Shown here: positions 24,967 to 35,879 of the stretch, in pieces
Layout: each line of letters begins with the position of its first letter
Numbering within the stretch: position 1 is the first letter of the stretch
Assembly (NCBI GenBank): GCA_964609115.1
Contig: CAZSRN010000001.1
Coordinates: 1 to 43,725, forward strand
Reading direction: 5' to 3'
Length of the DNA: 43,725 nucleotides
Source: an uncultured Veillonellaceae bacterium
GTDB lineage: Bacteria > Bacillota > Negativicutes > UBA1444
Position numbers and translations under genes: made by a program
Notes under the pieces: model-generated
Databases searched by the model: none
The model's input: only the letters and a program-made list of their open reading frames with translations
Told to the model about the DNA's origin: nothing

Positions 24967-26418
24967 TTATTTTTTGCCCCATTCAGTATGAAACGTACCG
25001 GGGCGATCTATTCGTTCATAAGTATGAGCGCCAAAATAATCGCGCTGGGCCTGAATCAGATTAGCGGGCAATACTGCCTGCCGATAGCTGTCATAATAAT
25101 CCAGCGAGGCATTGAATGCAGGCGTGGGGATCCCAAAATCGCGGCAAGTCTTCAGAACCGACCGCCAGGAATCTTGCACCTCAGCCAGCACGGATGCAAA
25201 GAACGGGTCAAGCATAAGATTGTCCAACGTCGGGTTATTGGCAAACGCATCTCGGATTTTATCCAGGAAGCGCGCCCTGATGATGCACCCGCCCCGCCAC
25301 AGCAATGCAATCTCGCCAAACTGTAGATTCCAGCCATATTCTTTGCTGGCGGCCGCCAGCAAACCAAATCCCTGTGCATAGGAACAGATTTTTGAAGCGT
25401 ACAGCGCATCATGAACCGTCTGAATCAATTGTTCCCGATCTCCGTTCCAATGACCCTGAGGCCCTTTCAACACCGCTGCCGCTTTGACCCGTTCCGGCTT
25501 GATCGCCGACATGCACCGTGCAAACACGGCTTCTGTGATAGCCGGCGTTGGTATGCCTAAATCCAGAGCGCTCTGCGAAGTCCACTTTCCGGTTCCCTTC
25601 TGCCCCGCTTTATCGAGAATCATCTCCACCAACGGGCGACCTGTTTCAGGGTCTATTACCCCCAGAATGTCCCGCGTTATCTCAATCAGATAAGAGTCCA
25701 GCGGACCGGCGTTCCAACGGTAAAATACGTCATGCAATTCAGTTGCCGTAAGTCCGCCCGCCTGCCTAAGAATATAATAAGCTTCAGCAATGAGCTGCAT
25801 ATCCGAATACTCGATCCCGTTGTGAACCATTTTGACATAATGGCCTGCGCCATCAGTCCCGACAAAAGTGCAGCAGGGACCGTCCGCCACCTGGGCAGCT
25901 ATCTTTGTAAACAACGGTGCAAGTTCCTTATATGCGTCCAGGTCTCCGCCCGGCATCAAGCTTGGCCCTTTCAGCGCGCCTTCTTCGCCGCCGGATACCC
26001 CGGTGCCGATGAAGCGGATGCCTTTGGCCGCCAACGTCTTGAACCGCCGCCGAGTATCTTCGAAGAAGGAATTGCCTCCGTCGATAATAATATCTCCAGC
26101 TTCCAAGCACGGCAAAATCTGATCAATCATGTCGTCCACCGGTTTACCGGCTTTGACCATCAGCATCACCCTTCGCGGCTTCGCCAAGGACGCAGCCAAC
26201 TCTTCCAGAGAATGGGTCCCTTTGATGGGCAACCCTGCTGCCGCTCCGGCAATGAACTCATCAACTCTGGCTGTAGTTCGGTTGAATACGGCCACCTGAA
26301 ATCCCTTGCCGGCCATGTTCAATACTAAATTTTCCCCCATAACGGCAAGTCCTATCAACCCGATATCACACAGTGGTTTCAATTGTTTTCCCTCCTCAGT
26401 TATCAAACTTTTCATCAT
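24967..26418 (-). CDS. gnd: 6-phosphogluconate dehydrogenase, decarboxylating
   Basis: GLIGLAVMGENLVLN (Rossmann fold), MVHNGIEY, and a C-terminal ...QAQRDYFGAHTYER. Confidence 0.95.
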   Translation of the reverse strand: MMKSLITEEGKQLKPLCDIGLIGLAVMGENLVLNMAGKGFQVAVFNRTTARVDEFIAGAAAGLPIKGTHSLEELAASLAKPRRVMLMVKAGKPVDDMIDQILPCLEAGDIIIDGGNSFFEDTRRRFKTLAAKGIRFIGTGVSGGEEGALKGPSLMPGGDLDAYKELAPLFTKIAAQVADGPCCTFVGTDGAGHYVKMVHNGIEYSDMQLIAEAYYILRQAGGLTATELHDVFYRWNAGPLDSYLIEITRDILGVIDPETGRPLVEMILDKAGQKGTGKWTSQSALDLGIPTPAITEAVFARCMSAIKPERVKAAAVLKGPQGHWNGDREQLIQTVHDALYASKICSYAQGFGLLAAASKEYGWNLQFGEIALLWRGGCIIRARFLDKIRDAFANNPTLDNLMLDPFFASVLAEVQDSWRSVLKTCRDFGIPTPAFNASLDYYDSYRQAVLPANLIQAQRDYFGAHTYERIDRPGTFHTEWGKK

Positions 26419-26450
26419 TTGACATCAGTTACTGCAAGGTGAAAAGTCGA

Positions 26451-27860
26451 TCAATCAGTGCTGAAAATTTTTTCCGGATTCATAATTCCATTAGGGTCCA
26501 ATGCTTTTTTAATCGCTTTCATCATTTTTAGCTCCACTGGATTACAATATTTTTTCATCAAGGCCAGCCGTTTATGACCGATGCCATGTTCACCGGACAA
26601 TTTTCCCCCAACCGAATAGATAAACGCATAAAGTTCATCCTGAAGCACAGGCAATTGCTCATTCCAACGCTCCAAAGGAATGTCTTCCTTCAAAATATCC
26701 GCATGAATATTGCCGTCTGCCGCATGAGCCGCAACATGAATCGTCATCCCATATTTTGTTCCCAGTTCGGACAGTTTCTTTATAACATCCGGAATGCGGG
26801 ACATCGGAACCACCGTGTCTTCTGCGGAAAAAATCAGACTGCGGGCGCGATTGGCTTCGCCAAAACATTTTCTCGCTTTCCATATTTTCGCCGAATCAGC
26901 CACCAGCACTTCCAAAGCCCCATTGGAAGTACAAAGTTCATCCATCATGACGCACTGGTCCTCCAGCACCTCTTCATTGTCGCCATCGATCGAAACAATA
27001 ATGTAGCACCCTTTGTCACTGTGGGGCAGCTTTTCCCGCAAGAAGTCTTCACAAGCATGAATTCCCTTGTTATCCATAAATTCGACGCAAACCGGGCTAA
27101 TCGGCGACTGCATGATTTTTGCGACAATATTGATTGCCGTTTCCGGACTCGGAAATACCGCCAGCAAATCCATCACATGCTGCAACCGCGGCATCAGTTT
27201 CAAGTACACTTTCGTGACCACTCCCAAGGTTCCTTCTGATCCTATAATGAGTTGCGTCAAGCAATAGCCGGTGGAATCTTTTTTCAGCTTTCCGCCCAAC
27301 ATCACAATTTCGCCTTCAGGAGTTACGAGTTCCAATCCAACGACCTGTTGCCGGGTCGTTCCATATTTTACCGCCTTTAATCCGCCGGCATTGGTGGCAA
27401 CATTGCCGCCGATAAAGGAACTATCCGAACTGCTGGGTTCGCCTGCATACAGATATCCCTTGTCAGATGCAATTTTTTGTACGTCGACCGTTCTTACGCC
27501 CGGTTCCACAACAAGTACCATATTCTGTTCATCGATTTCAATCACGCGGTTCATCCGCTCCGTCGACAATACGATTCCGCCTGTAAAAGCAACAGCTGCG
27601 CATGCGTATCCTGTTCCCGCCCCCCGCGGTACGACCGGAATCATTCGCCGATTCGCCAGTTTGAGAAGGTCAGCGACTTGCTCCGTGTTCTCGGGAAAAA
27701 CGACGGCTTCGGGATACTGAACATACTTTTCGCCGGTCACTTCATCATGCGAATAAGGTTCCAGTTTATCTCTATCCACCCACACATATTTCTCGCCGAC
27801 GATGCGTTTCAAATCAGCGATTGCTGCTTCATCCAGCTTATTCAACTTGCTCATTTGCAC
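26451..27860 (-). CDS. FAD-binding oxidoreductase (GlcD / D-lactate dehydrogenase family)
   Basis: FAD-binding PCMH domain (PRGAGTGYACAAV, GIV) and a C-terminal GGKLSGEHGIGHKR. Confidence 0.85.
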   Translation of the reverse strand: MQMSKLNKLDEAAIADLKRIVGEKYVWVDRDKLEPYSHDEVTGEKYVQYPEAVVFPENTEQVADLLKLANRRMIPVVPRGAGTGYACAAVAFTGGIVLSTERMNRVIEIDEQNMVLVVEPGVRTVDVQKIASDKGYLYAGEPSSSDSSFIGGNVATNAGGLKAVKYGTTRQQVVGLELVTPEGEIVMLGGKLKKDSTGYCLTQLIIGSEGTLGVVTKVYLKLMPRLQHVMDLLAVFPSPETAINIVAKIMQSPISPVCVEFMDNKGIHACEDFLREKLPHSDKGCYIIVSIDGDNEEVLEDQCVMMDELCTSNGALEVLVADSAKIWKARKCFGEANRARSLIFSAEDTVVPMSRIPDVIKKLSELGTKYGMTIHVAAHAADGNIHADILKEDIPLERWNEQLPVLQDELYAFIYSVGGKLSGEHGIGHKRLALMKKYCNPVELKMMKAIKKALDPNGIMNPEKIFSTD

Positions 27861-27943
27861 TGTTCCTCACAAAACATCCAAACGCATCCCTCGTGATTCG
27901 TTCCGACATGTTCGCCATTTTTCAGAACCAGGCTGTCGGCAGA

Positions 27944-29029
27944 TTATCTTTGAATACGCGCCGATCCGCCACCGGCGAAAGCCCGAACCTGGTCAACCGT
28001 ACTCATTGTCGTGTCGCCGGGGAATGTTGTCAGTAAAGCACCATGCGCCCATCCCAGACGCAAAGCAGCTTCCGGTGTTTCTCCCGTCAGAAGTCCATAG
28101 AATAGGCCGGAAGCGAACCCATCTCCGCCGCCTACCCGATCATAGACATCCAATTCTGCCGTAGGCGCGGTATAAGTCTTGCCGTTCATCCATGCCACGG
28201 CGCTCCAGCTGTGACGATTTGTGGAATGCACTTCACGCAGCGTTGTCGCAACAATTTTAATCTGAGGAAGTTTGCCTGTCACTTTGTCAATCATGCTGAA
28301 AAAAGCGCTTGGATCCAACTTCGACTTAGCGGCCACTTCAGGGCCGGGAATTCCAAGACCCATCTGGAGGTCTTCTTCATTGCCTACCAAAACATCCACG
28401 TTCTTCAAAATGCGCCCCAATACTTCGACGGCGCGTTTGGGTCCCCCGACAATATTCCAGAGCTTGGCCCGATAATTCAAGTCAAATGAAACAATAGCTC
28501 CAGCCGCTTTTGCAGCTTCCATTCCTTCAATAATCACTTCAGGCGTTGTTTCAGACAGCGCGGCGAAAATTCCGCCGCTGTGAAACCAACGAACCCCGCC
28601 GGCAAAAATGCTTTTCCAGTCAAAATCCCCTGGTTTGAGCAATCCCCCGGCTTCATTCGCCCGATTATAAAATACGACAGGGGGTCGGACGCCCTGGCCG
28701 CGATCACTATATACCGTCGCCATATTGGGGCCGTTGACTCCGTTATGCTTGAAGTGTTTATAAAAAGGCTCTACTCCCATAGCCCGTACACGTTCGGCAA
28801 TCAAATCACCGACCGGATAATCTACTATGGCTGTCGCAACACCGGTTTTTAATCCGAAACAGTCCGCCAGATTAGCAGCGCAGTTGAACTCGCCCCCGCT
28901 GACATGAATTTTACATTCTGTTGCTTTGTGGAATGGGACAACCCCGGTATCTAGACGATGAACCAACGCGCCGACGGATAAAAAATCCAATGCGCCTCCG
29001 GAACGAATATTCAAGCCTATAGTACTCAT
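27944..29029 (-). CDS. PfkB-family sugar kinase (KdgK-like)
   Basis: The C-terminal DRVGGGDGFASGLFYGLL matches the PfkB signature 2 region. Confidence 0.8.
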   Translation of the reverse strand: MSTIGLNIRSGGALDFLSVGALVHRLDTGVVPFHKATECKIHVSGGEFNCAANLADCFGLKTGVATAIVDYPVGDLIAERVRAMGVEPFYKHFKHNGVNGPNMATVYSDRGQGVRPPVVFYNRANEAGGLLKPGDFDWKSIFAGGVRWFHSGGIFAALSETTPEVIIEGMEAAKAAGAIVSFDLNYRAKLWNIVGGPKRAVEVLGRILKNVDVLVGNEEDLQMGLGIPGPEVAAKSKLDPSAFFSMIDKVTGKLPQIKIVATTLREVHSTNRHSWSAVAWMNGKTYTAPTAELDVYDRVGGGDGFASGLFYGLLTGETPEAALRLGWAHGALLTTFPGDTTMSTVDQVRAFAGGGSARIQR

Positions 29030-29076
29030 GATTTCCCTCCTCTGATTTGTTTTTCACCCCATAGGATGGCCAAAGC

Positions 29077-30234
29077 CTATCCGACGGCTTCCAGCCAGGC
29101 TCCTTGCGCCACTTCTTCCCACACCACTGTACGGGCTTTGGAAAAGCCATTGAAAGTAGTGGCGGACGCCGAACTGTAAGAACCAATGTCAGGTACTAAA
29201 ATCAGATCGTCCACATCCAGACGCACAGTTTCTTTTTCGCGGAAAATCACGTCAAAAGAATCACAGCTGGGTCCTGCAAACGTAGCCGATAGTAGCGGTC
29301 CTTCCTTGAAGGTCAGCAGTTCAAAATCCCAATGATCAAAAATTACGCCGGAAAAAGTGCCATAAATCCCTTCATCAAGAAAATACCAATCCTGATTATC
29401 GCGGTGCTGCCGACCGATAACCCGGGTAATCAGTTTGACCGAAGTGCCGCAAATAAAGCGACCGGGTTCGGCCCAAATTTCCACATCGGGAAAATATTGA
29501 TCCAGGCCTGCGCTGATTGCCAGCAGCATCTTTTGAATATCAATTTTTGCGCTTCCGGGAGCCCGAATCGGAAATCCGCCGCCGATATCCAGCACCCGCA
29601 AATTGATTCCCATAACGGCTGCTTCGTCAAACAATTTCCGGCAAGTCTGCAGCGCATTGAGATACGCCTGCGGTTGCGATGTCTGGCTCCCAACATGAAA
29701 GGCCAAGCCAACCACATCCAATCCGCAGTCCCGCGCTTTGCCCAACAAACGAATTACGTCTGTCGGCTCTGCGCCAAATTTTTTGTTCAAATCAATTAAC
29801 GCTTCCGGATTCTGCATACGAACCCGAACTAAAATTCCAGCACCCGGTGCAACACGAGCCATTTTTTCTATTTCCGGTTCGCTATCCACCATATAATTCG
29901 ATATCCCCGCCTGACGGGCAATTTCAATGCCATGGATCGGCTTGATGGGATTGGCATATACCATCTGTCTGGCGTCAATGCCCATCTCGTTCAGCTGAAG
30001 AATCTCACCGTCGGAGGCAACATCGAAACAAGACCCCAGGTCTTTCAGCGTACGGAGAAGCCTTTCGTCCGGATTGGCCTTGACCGCATAATGAATGCTG
30101 ACCCGGGGTATGTGTTCTTTCAGATACCGATAATTATTTTTTACCTGTTCGACCGACATCACCAGCAAAGGCGTCCCATACTCGTCCGCCAGTCGCTTCA
30201 CATCGGTCTGGGATAGATGAAATTCCTTTTGCAT
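29077..30234 (-). CDS. Type III PLP-dependent decarboxylase (ornithine/DAP/arginine decarboxylase family)
   Basis: YAVKANP (PLP lysine), DIGGGF and EPGR motifs. Start trimmed to the ATG at 30234, behind a GGGGAG RBS. Confidence 0.85.
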   Translation of the reverse strand: MQKEFHLSQTDVKRLADEYGTPLLVMSVEQVKNNYRYLKEHIPRVSIHYAVKANPDERLLRTLKDLGSCFDVASDGEILQLNEMGIDARQMVYANPIKPIHGIEIARQAGISNYMVDSEPEIEKMARVAPGAGILVRVRMQNPEALIDLNKKFGAEPTDVIRLLGKARDCGLDVVGLAFHVGSQTSQPQAYLNALQTCRKLFDEAAVMGINLRVLDIGGGFPIRAPGSAKIDIQKMLLAISAGLDQYFPDVEIWAEPGRFICGTSVKLITRVIGRQHRDNQDWYFLDEGIYGTFSGVIFDHWDFELLTFKEGPLLSATFAGPSCDSFDVIFREKETVRLDVDDLILVPDIGSYSSASATTFNGFSKARTVVWEEVAQGAWLEAVG

Positions 30235-30399
30235 ATCCACTCCCCTTTTACCCTTTGTTTTCGCGGGAAAAACCCGATTTGATTGTACCATATACCCGGA
30301 AAACTGCAAGAATAATTTTATGAAATATAAAAAACAAGGGCTGCCTTTTTCAAAGCGGCCCTTCTTGATGCCCAATTCATGAGTCTGTGAGAAGCCAAT

Positions 30400-31773
30400 T
30401 TACTTTCTAACCGTGCCTGGAGCAACATACGTTCCCACACGCACAATCCGGTCAGAGCCGTCAAAATCGTCCGTGGAAATATTCTCGCGGTTGATCTCCC
30501 GCGTCCCATGTAAACGAATTCGCTTCACAGTAACAACGAATCCATGACGGCCGGCTGATTCGACAACTTCCTGACCCAGCGGCAGCTGCGGGTCCTGCAT
30601 CATAATCGTTTTGGGAACGTGAACGATCTTTTCGACAGACTCGATACGAATAGCCGGAGCGCCTTGTTCCCGCTTGCCGTAAATACGAACTTCCAGATTG
30701 CCGGCATCCGCCACGCTCCAGAAATACACCGCATGACTTGTCACATTTTTCAACTTGAGGTCAATCTGACCGTCCGCTACCGTAGCATCCTGCCCCAATG
30801 GCACATACGAAGGCGGATCATAATGGGCGCTCCGCTCGATTACCGCAAAATCCGCCAATAGCGCCGCATTATATAGCGTGGTGGAAACCTGGCACACACC
30901 GCCGCCCCAATCCATTACGACTCCCGCGCTGGAAAGAGTTGGCGCAGGTTTATATCCCTGTTCCTCTGTTCGCAATCCAACCCTGTCGTTAAACGAAAAA
31001 ACTTCACCTCGCCGTAGCAGAGTTCCCGTTAATTTTTCCGCTGCAATTTGAATATTACGCGAGCGGTTTTCGTCCGCCGCATTATAAGTGGTGGAAAAAG
31101 CTGACAAAAGGCTGTCGATTCCCTGTAAATCTTTGGCTCGGATTTTGGCCGGCATTTCCGCCACTACCAACGAAACAACAGTGGCATCTCCCGTTTCAAT
31201 CGCCTGTGACAATTTCTGCACCGAAAGCATACGATCAGTTTTTCGTCCCGTTTGGTCTGCGCTGATCTTCACTCCGGCTGCAGATTCGGTTATGCCTGCG
31301 TCCACCGCGTTTCGATCTATCGCAGCGGCAGCGGCAATCACAATTGTCTTCAACTTCTCATTGTTGGCCTGCAACCCCAACGGTATCACACTTCCGCCAT
31401 GTGTTGAAAAAAATTGATCTCTCAATCTTTGGAACAAATTTCCGGCGCGCCCCACTTCATAGGCCTGCTGCACCAACGCACCCGCATCCGGTTTTCCGGC
31501 AACCGCATCCCAAGCAACATCCCAGTGTTGATCCGCATATTGCAGCCTTGCAATCGGTTTGGACTGTCTGTCCTGTAATGCCGCCGCGACTTTTTTCTCC
31601 GCTTCGCCTACCGTCAATCCGCCTACGGAAACCCCCGCAATGCTCAGCCCGCGACACAGCCGATCTGAATAAGCCAGCGCCGCATCTTCGGCTCCCAGCA
31701 TCACACCGCCAAATATAAAAATGATCAACAAAAAACTGACGAACTTCGTCAAACGCATTTCTTTTCCCCGCAA
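30400..31773 (-). CDS. VanW-family protein with a C-terminal G5-like domain
   Basis: N-terminal TM segment, a VanW core (GGGVCQVSTTLYNAAL) and a C-terminal G5-like segment. Confidence 0.8.
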   Translation of the reverse strand: MRGKEMRLTKFVSFLLIIFIFGGVMLGAEDAALAYSDRLCRGLSIAGVSVGGLTVGEAEKKVAAALQDRQSKPIARLQYADQHWDVAWDAVAGKPDAGALVQQAYEVGRAGNLFQRLRDQFFSTHGGSVIPLGLQANNEKLKTIVIAAAAAIDRNAVDAGITESAAGVKISADQTGRKTDRMLSVQKLSQAIETGDATVVSLVVAEMPAKIRAKDLQGIDSLLSAFSTTYNAADENRSRNIQIAAEKLTGTLLRRGEVFSFNDRVGLRTEEQGYKPAPTLSSAGVVMDWGGGVCQVSTTLYNAALLADFAVIERSAHYDPPSYVPLGQDATVADGQIDLKLKNVTSHAVYFWSVADAGNLEVRIYGKREQGAPAIRIESVEKIVHVPKTIMMQDPQLPLGQEVVESAGRHGFVVTVKRIRLHGTREINRENISTDDFDGSDRIVRVGTYVAPGTVRK

Positions 31774-31858
31774 ATAAAGTTGCTTTGACAGACTGAGAAT
31801 CCCCGCAGCGGCGGGGATTTCAATAATTGTAGACTTCGCAAAGTCAATTTATCGGCAA

Positions 31859-32647
31859 TTATAACCGTAAATTCATCGTGAGTTCAATCATCTTATCTTC
31901 TTCGCGAATTCTCTGCAAAACGTCTTCTGTGATTTCACTACCCTGTTCAATGATAATACTACCGTCATTGGCGGAAATTCGTCGATTCACTCTTTTCCCC
32001 AGCAGATAGCGGCGTTGCTTTTCTTCAAACAGCTGGGCCGCATCATCCGATTGGGCAGGCGCTGCCGGAGAAATAACCGAAGCTGCTGTCTCATCCGCTG
32101 ACGCATAAGCATTTACAGGCGCAGTACGGGATACCAATCCCTCCATGGGACGGCCGCCGATCGGCCCTCTTCCGGATGGATCCGCAGAATCACTAATAAT
32201 CAGCACGTCCTTGCCAAAAGTCACAATCTGTTGAACGGAGATCTGTATTCGTTCACCAATATTTTCTTCTACTTCGCAGGAACTGATCCGTCCGGTTTCA
32301 TCGATGGTAATTTCAACCACTTTTCCGCCCATATGCCCTGAGCGGGTCAATGTCCGGGTTCCGATGACTTTTACGCCTGCGGACATAAATTGCTCCAGTC
32401 GGGAAATCGTTGTAACCGGAATTATAACATTTGTGGTTTCCACAGTTACCGCCGATTCTCCTAACCCAGTGATTGCATTGAAGGGGAGAAGTTTTGCGCC
32501 GAGATACCAGGAACCGTCATCAACCACCAACGCCACAACCGCGCCTTGCGCTGCATCAATGACCAAATCCTTCACGGTACCGACCTGCTTCCCTTCGCTG
32601 ATGCTAATTACCGGCAGCCTGAGAATGTCCGCACTCTTTTTCATCAA
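31859..32647 (-). CDS. PRC-barrel domain protein
   Basis: Two PRC-barrel-like repeats (LPVISISEGKQVGTVKDLVID...; GTRTLTRSGHMGGKVVEITID). Confidence 0.7.
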   Translation of the reverse strand: MMKKSADILRLPVISISEGKQVGTVKDLVIDAAQGAVVALVVDDGSWYLGAKLLPFNAITGLGESAVTVETTNVIIPVTTISRLEQFMSAGVKVIGTRTLTRSGHMGGKVVEITIDETGRISSCEVEENIGERIQISVQQIVTFGKDVLIISDSADPSGRGPIGGRPMEGLVSRTAPVNAYASADETAASVISPAAPAQSDDAAQLFEEKQRRYLLGKRVNRRISANDGSIIIEQGSEITEDVLQRIREEDKMIELTMNLRL

Positions 32648-32710
32648 AAACCCTCCAAATTACATAATTAAGATTCCATACGGTCGCCCGCAAATAATCT
32701 CAGTTTCAGC

Positions 32711-33877
32711 TCATTCGAATCTGTTATCGGCGTTGGCCAGAAGTTCCGTTAGTTTTTGTTCAAATGCCTGCACCAACTGCCTTTGTTGGCGGATACGCGG
32801 CAATTGCAGAATCTCCGTCAATTCCGCCGCTGCTCCGGCATAATCACCCTGACTTTGCAAAGTGCTGACAATCTCCGCCACCACCATGGGCAAAGCATCA
32901 CTGGTGCTATAGAGGTGTTTAACCAACTGAAATGTTTCCAGCGCACTCGCCTCTCGTTGACGGCTTCTTTGCAGAAAAGCAAAATCCAGTAAATCTTCCA
33001 ACGAGTCGGATGCCGGTTGTTCAGGTTGCCTATAGTCATCATCATACTCTATCTCAGCAATTTCCGCCATTTGTAGAGCTTCCATTGCGATAATTTCCGG
33101 ATTTGATTCTTCTTTACCCATCGGTTCACTTGCCAAAAACGCTTCCGGTTCTGCGAATTCTTCCGTAAGTGTCCTTTCCGTCACAGGTTCTTCAAAAATT
33201 GATTCGTCCGGCAAAGGTTCACTCGTTTCGACTTCAAGCTCAACCTCGTCTTCATTAGTTTCTTGGGCTTCTTGGAAAAACGATGCTTCAAGCACCGGCA
33301 ATACAGCTTCCCATTCCAACTCGTTCGCCTTGGGCTGAACCTCGTTGTCGCGCTCCGGTTCAACCGAAACTTGCGCTACTGCATCCATAGATTCCGTTGG
33401 CAAAATCAATGAAGACAACGGCGAATCATACGAAAGTTCCCGCTCATCCTCTTTTTCCAACACCGGCATGGTAATGGCTGCAACAACGGGAGTTGCGGCT
33501 CCCCGATCATTGCCTACCGGGAATGCAGCTTCTGCGGGCGGCGTCCAGTCAGAGTCCACGTCTGCAAAATGCGCCGAAGAATCTGCAACAGGAATCGGCT
33601 GAGAGGCTTGCGTTCTTGCGTCATAAATTGTCGCAAGCCAAGCAAACCCAACTGCGCTGACCAAAGATATTCCTACAGATCCCAAAAAGCCGGCCGAGTG
33701 GAAAAACAGTCCAGGCAATACCAAAGAAATCAGCCATGCAAAGCCTACCAATAAAATTAGCAGTCTGCATGACAGATGAATATGAAATACTAATTCGGCC
33801 AGTTTATACACACTAAATGTAACTACCGCAATCGCGAGCAATGGAACCAGAAAAAACTCCACCAGGTCCTCCTGCAC
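32711..33877 (-). CDS. Hypothetical membrane protein with a long acidic linker
   Basis: Three N-terminal TM helices, then a strongly E/D-rich low-complexity region and a helical C-terminal domain. No family recognised. Confidence 0.6.
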   Translation of the reverse strand: MQEDLVEFFLVPLLAIAVVTFSVYKLAELVFHIHLSCRLLILLVGFAWLISLVLPGLFFHSAGFLGSVGISLVSAVGFAWLATIYDARTQASQPIPVADSSAHFADVDSDWTPPAEAAFPVGNDRGAATPVVAAITMPVLEKEDERELSYDSPLSSLILPTESMDAVAQVSVEPERDNEVQPKANELEWEAVLPVLEASFFQEAQETNEDEVELEVETSEPLPDESIFEEPVTERTLTEEFAEPEAFLASEPMGKEESNPEIIAMEALQMAEIAEIEYDDDYRQPEQPASDSLEDLLDFAFLQRSRQREASALETFQLVKHLYSTSDALPMVVAEIVSTLQSQGDYAGAAAELTEILQLPRIRQQRQLVQAFEQKLTELLANADNRFE

Positions 33878-34261
33878 TGATTTTGCTTTTCAAATATACC
33901 TTTGTTTCAGCTTCGACACTTTTTTCATTATTCCTTTTTCTTGCACTAAAATTATGATAATGATAAATTGTGGTAGTTGAAAAGATTAGTATACTTGAAA
34001 ATACGTCATTAATATTTATTATACAGCATACTGGGGAATATTCCTCGTTGAAAATACCGTTTGCCTCGTAAATTATTCACTTTTGCGGATTTTATTTTAT
34101 TATAATAACATAATAACAATTTTTGAATATCGACATAGTAAAATCGTCTTTACTTAAATTTACTCTGTTTGCAGAAATTTTCAACCTTAAAAATTATTAA
34201 AAATTCCTTGTCCATCGCAAATGAACTTCTGTGCTTAATGAAAATATTTTAAAAAACACTC

Positions 34262-34290
34262 TTGACACTCTCTGTTTGTTTTGTAATAAT
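34262..34290 (+). promoter_or_regulatory. Sigma-A promoter of the ilv leader (TTGACA, 17 nt, AATAAT)
   Basis: Consensus -35 and an AT-rich -10, just upstream of the T-box leader. Confidence 0.6.
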
Positions 34291-34295
34291 GTATA

Positions 34296-34612
34296 CAAAA
34301 TCCGAAACAATTTCATACGCAAAATTTAAATTGTGATGACTGGGAGCGGAATAAATGCAGATCCCGTTTCAGAGAGCCGGTGTTTGGTGCGAACCGGTAC
34401 GGAGCGTTGATTCTAAATCACCCATGAACTGCTTATCGAACTTATCTGCATGAGTTTTCGCGGATAATGTTGTAGAGTAAGACGTAAGGCCTGCGTTAAA
34501 GACCAGCCGGTGATAGCCGGTGGAATGAGTACAATTCAGGGTGGTACCGCGGAAATTCCGCCCCTGACGCTACGTTTGACAACGTAACGTCAGGGGCGTT
34601 TTTTATTTTCCA
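34296..34612 (+). promoter_or_regulatory. T-box riboswitch leader with terminator; probable isoleucine (AUC) specifier
   Basis: Stem I elements GUGAUGA/UGAAC (K-turn), AGAGAG and GGUGCGAA. T-box sequence AAUUCAGGGUGGUACCGCG at 34533-34551. Terminator CCCCUGACGCUACGUU-ugac-AACGUAACGUCAGGGG followed by a U-run at 34561-34608. Confidence 0.85.
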
Positions 34613-34628
34613 GCAAAGGAGGATTTCA

Positions 34629-34886
34629 ATGAGTCAAGTATTATCAGTCGTTCTAAACCGTCAGGAGGATAGTTTGTTGAGATTGACCGGGCTCTGTTAT
34701 CGTCGCGGGGTACCTATCGAAAGTTTGGCTTTTTCGCCAAGCGAGCAACCCGGGAAAGTACGCATCGAAGCGATTTTGTCGTGTGAAAAGTCTGCGGCCG
34801 ATCAGCTTCAACGCCATGTTGCCAAACTCGTCGATGTTGTAAGTTCAGAAATCAGTTCCAAATATGAAAGGAGAATGACACAATGA
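34629..34886 (+). CDS. ilvN: Acetolactate synthase small (regulatory) subunit, short ACT-only form
   Basis: An 85-aa ACT-like domain ([29 protein letters not shown]). ATGA overlap with ilvC. Confidence 0.7.
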   Translation: MSQVLSVVLNRQEDSLLRLTGLCYRRGVPIESLAFSPSEQPGKVRIEAILSCEKSAADQLQRHVAKLVDVVSSEISSKYERRMTQ

Positions 34887-35875
34887 AAAAACTTTACTAT
34901 GATCAGGATGCTAACTGGGACCTCATGCTGGATCGCAAAGTAGCTGTCATTGGGTACGGCAGCCAGGGACATGCCCATGCACTCAACCTCAAGGAAAGCG
35001 GTGTCGATGTCACGGTCGGCCTGTACAGCGGCAGTAAATCCTGGGCCAAAGCAGAAAACGACGGTGTAAAAGTTTCCACGGTTGCAGCCGCCACTGCCTG
35101 GGCGGATGTAGTCATGATGTTGATTCCTGATGAAAAACAGGCTGCAACCTATCGCGAACATGTCGCGCCCCATCTCAAAGCAGGCGCTGCACTCGCTTTT
35201 GCCCACGGGTTCAATATTCATTTCGGTCAAATTCAGCCTGCCGCTGATGTCGACGTGTTTATGGTCGCTCCAAAGGGTCCCGGTCACCTGGTCCGGCGAC
35301 AGTTCACGGAAGGCGCCGGTGTTCCGTGTCTGCTAGCAGTTCATCAGGATAGTACGGGAATGGCCCGGGAAATCGGCTTGGCATATGCCCGGGGAATTGG
35401 CGGCACGCGTGCAGGAGTACTGGCTACAACCTTTAAAGAAGAAACCGAAACCGATTTGTTTGGCGAGCAAGCCATTCTTTGCGGAGGAATAACCGAACTG
35501 ATTTGCGCTGGATTTGAAACGCTTGTGGAAGCCGGATATCAGCCGGAATCCGCATATTTTGAATGTATGCATGAAATGAAACTCATCGTTGATCTGATGT
35601 ACGAGGGCGGCATGGCGGCCATGCGCTACTCCATCAGCGATACCGCAGAATTTGGCGATTATATGACCGGTTCGCGAATCATTACGGACCAGACTCGATC
35701 TGAAATGAAACAAGTATTAAAAGAAATCCAAAATGGCACTTTCGCCAAAACATGGATTCTGGAAAATCAGGCCAATCGCCCCATGTTTAACGCCATGCGC
35801 CGCAGGGGCGCCGAACATCCGATTGAAGCCGTAGGGAAAGAACTTCGGGGAATGATGCCCTGGATCAAAAAATAG
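34883..35875 (+). CDS. ilvC: Ketol-acid reductoisomerase
   Basis: [21 protein letters not shown] and [11 protein letters not shown] are typical of class I KARI. Confidence 0.96.
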   Translation: MKKLYYDQDANWDLMLDRKVAVIGYGSQGHAHALNLKESGVDVTVGLYSGSKSWAKAENDGVKVSTVAAATAWADVVMMLIPDEKQAATYREHVAPHLKAGAALAFAHGFNIHFGQIQPAADVDVFMVAPKGPGHLVRRQFTEGAGVPCLLAVHQDSTGMAREIGLAYARGIGGTRAGVLATTFKEETETDLFGEQAILCGGITELICAGFETLVEAGYQPESAYFECMHEMKLIVDLMYEGGMAAMRYSISDTAEFGDYMTGSRIITDQTRSEMKQVLKEIQNGTFAKTWILENQANRPMFNAMRRRGAEHPIEAVGKELRGMMPWIKK

Positions 35876-35879
35876 CCTC

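Noticed and set aside
34426-34431. CUG (Leu) after GAA as the T-box specifier codon
   Set aside because: In my fold, UGAAC pairs functionally with the 5' GUGAUGA as the K-turn (GA motif) at the base of stem I. The internal loop one helix above presents AUC followed by A. This remains to be confirmed by covariance-model alignment.
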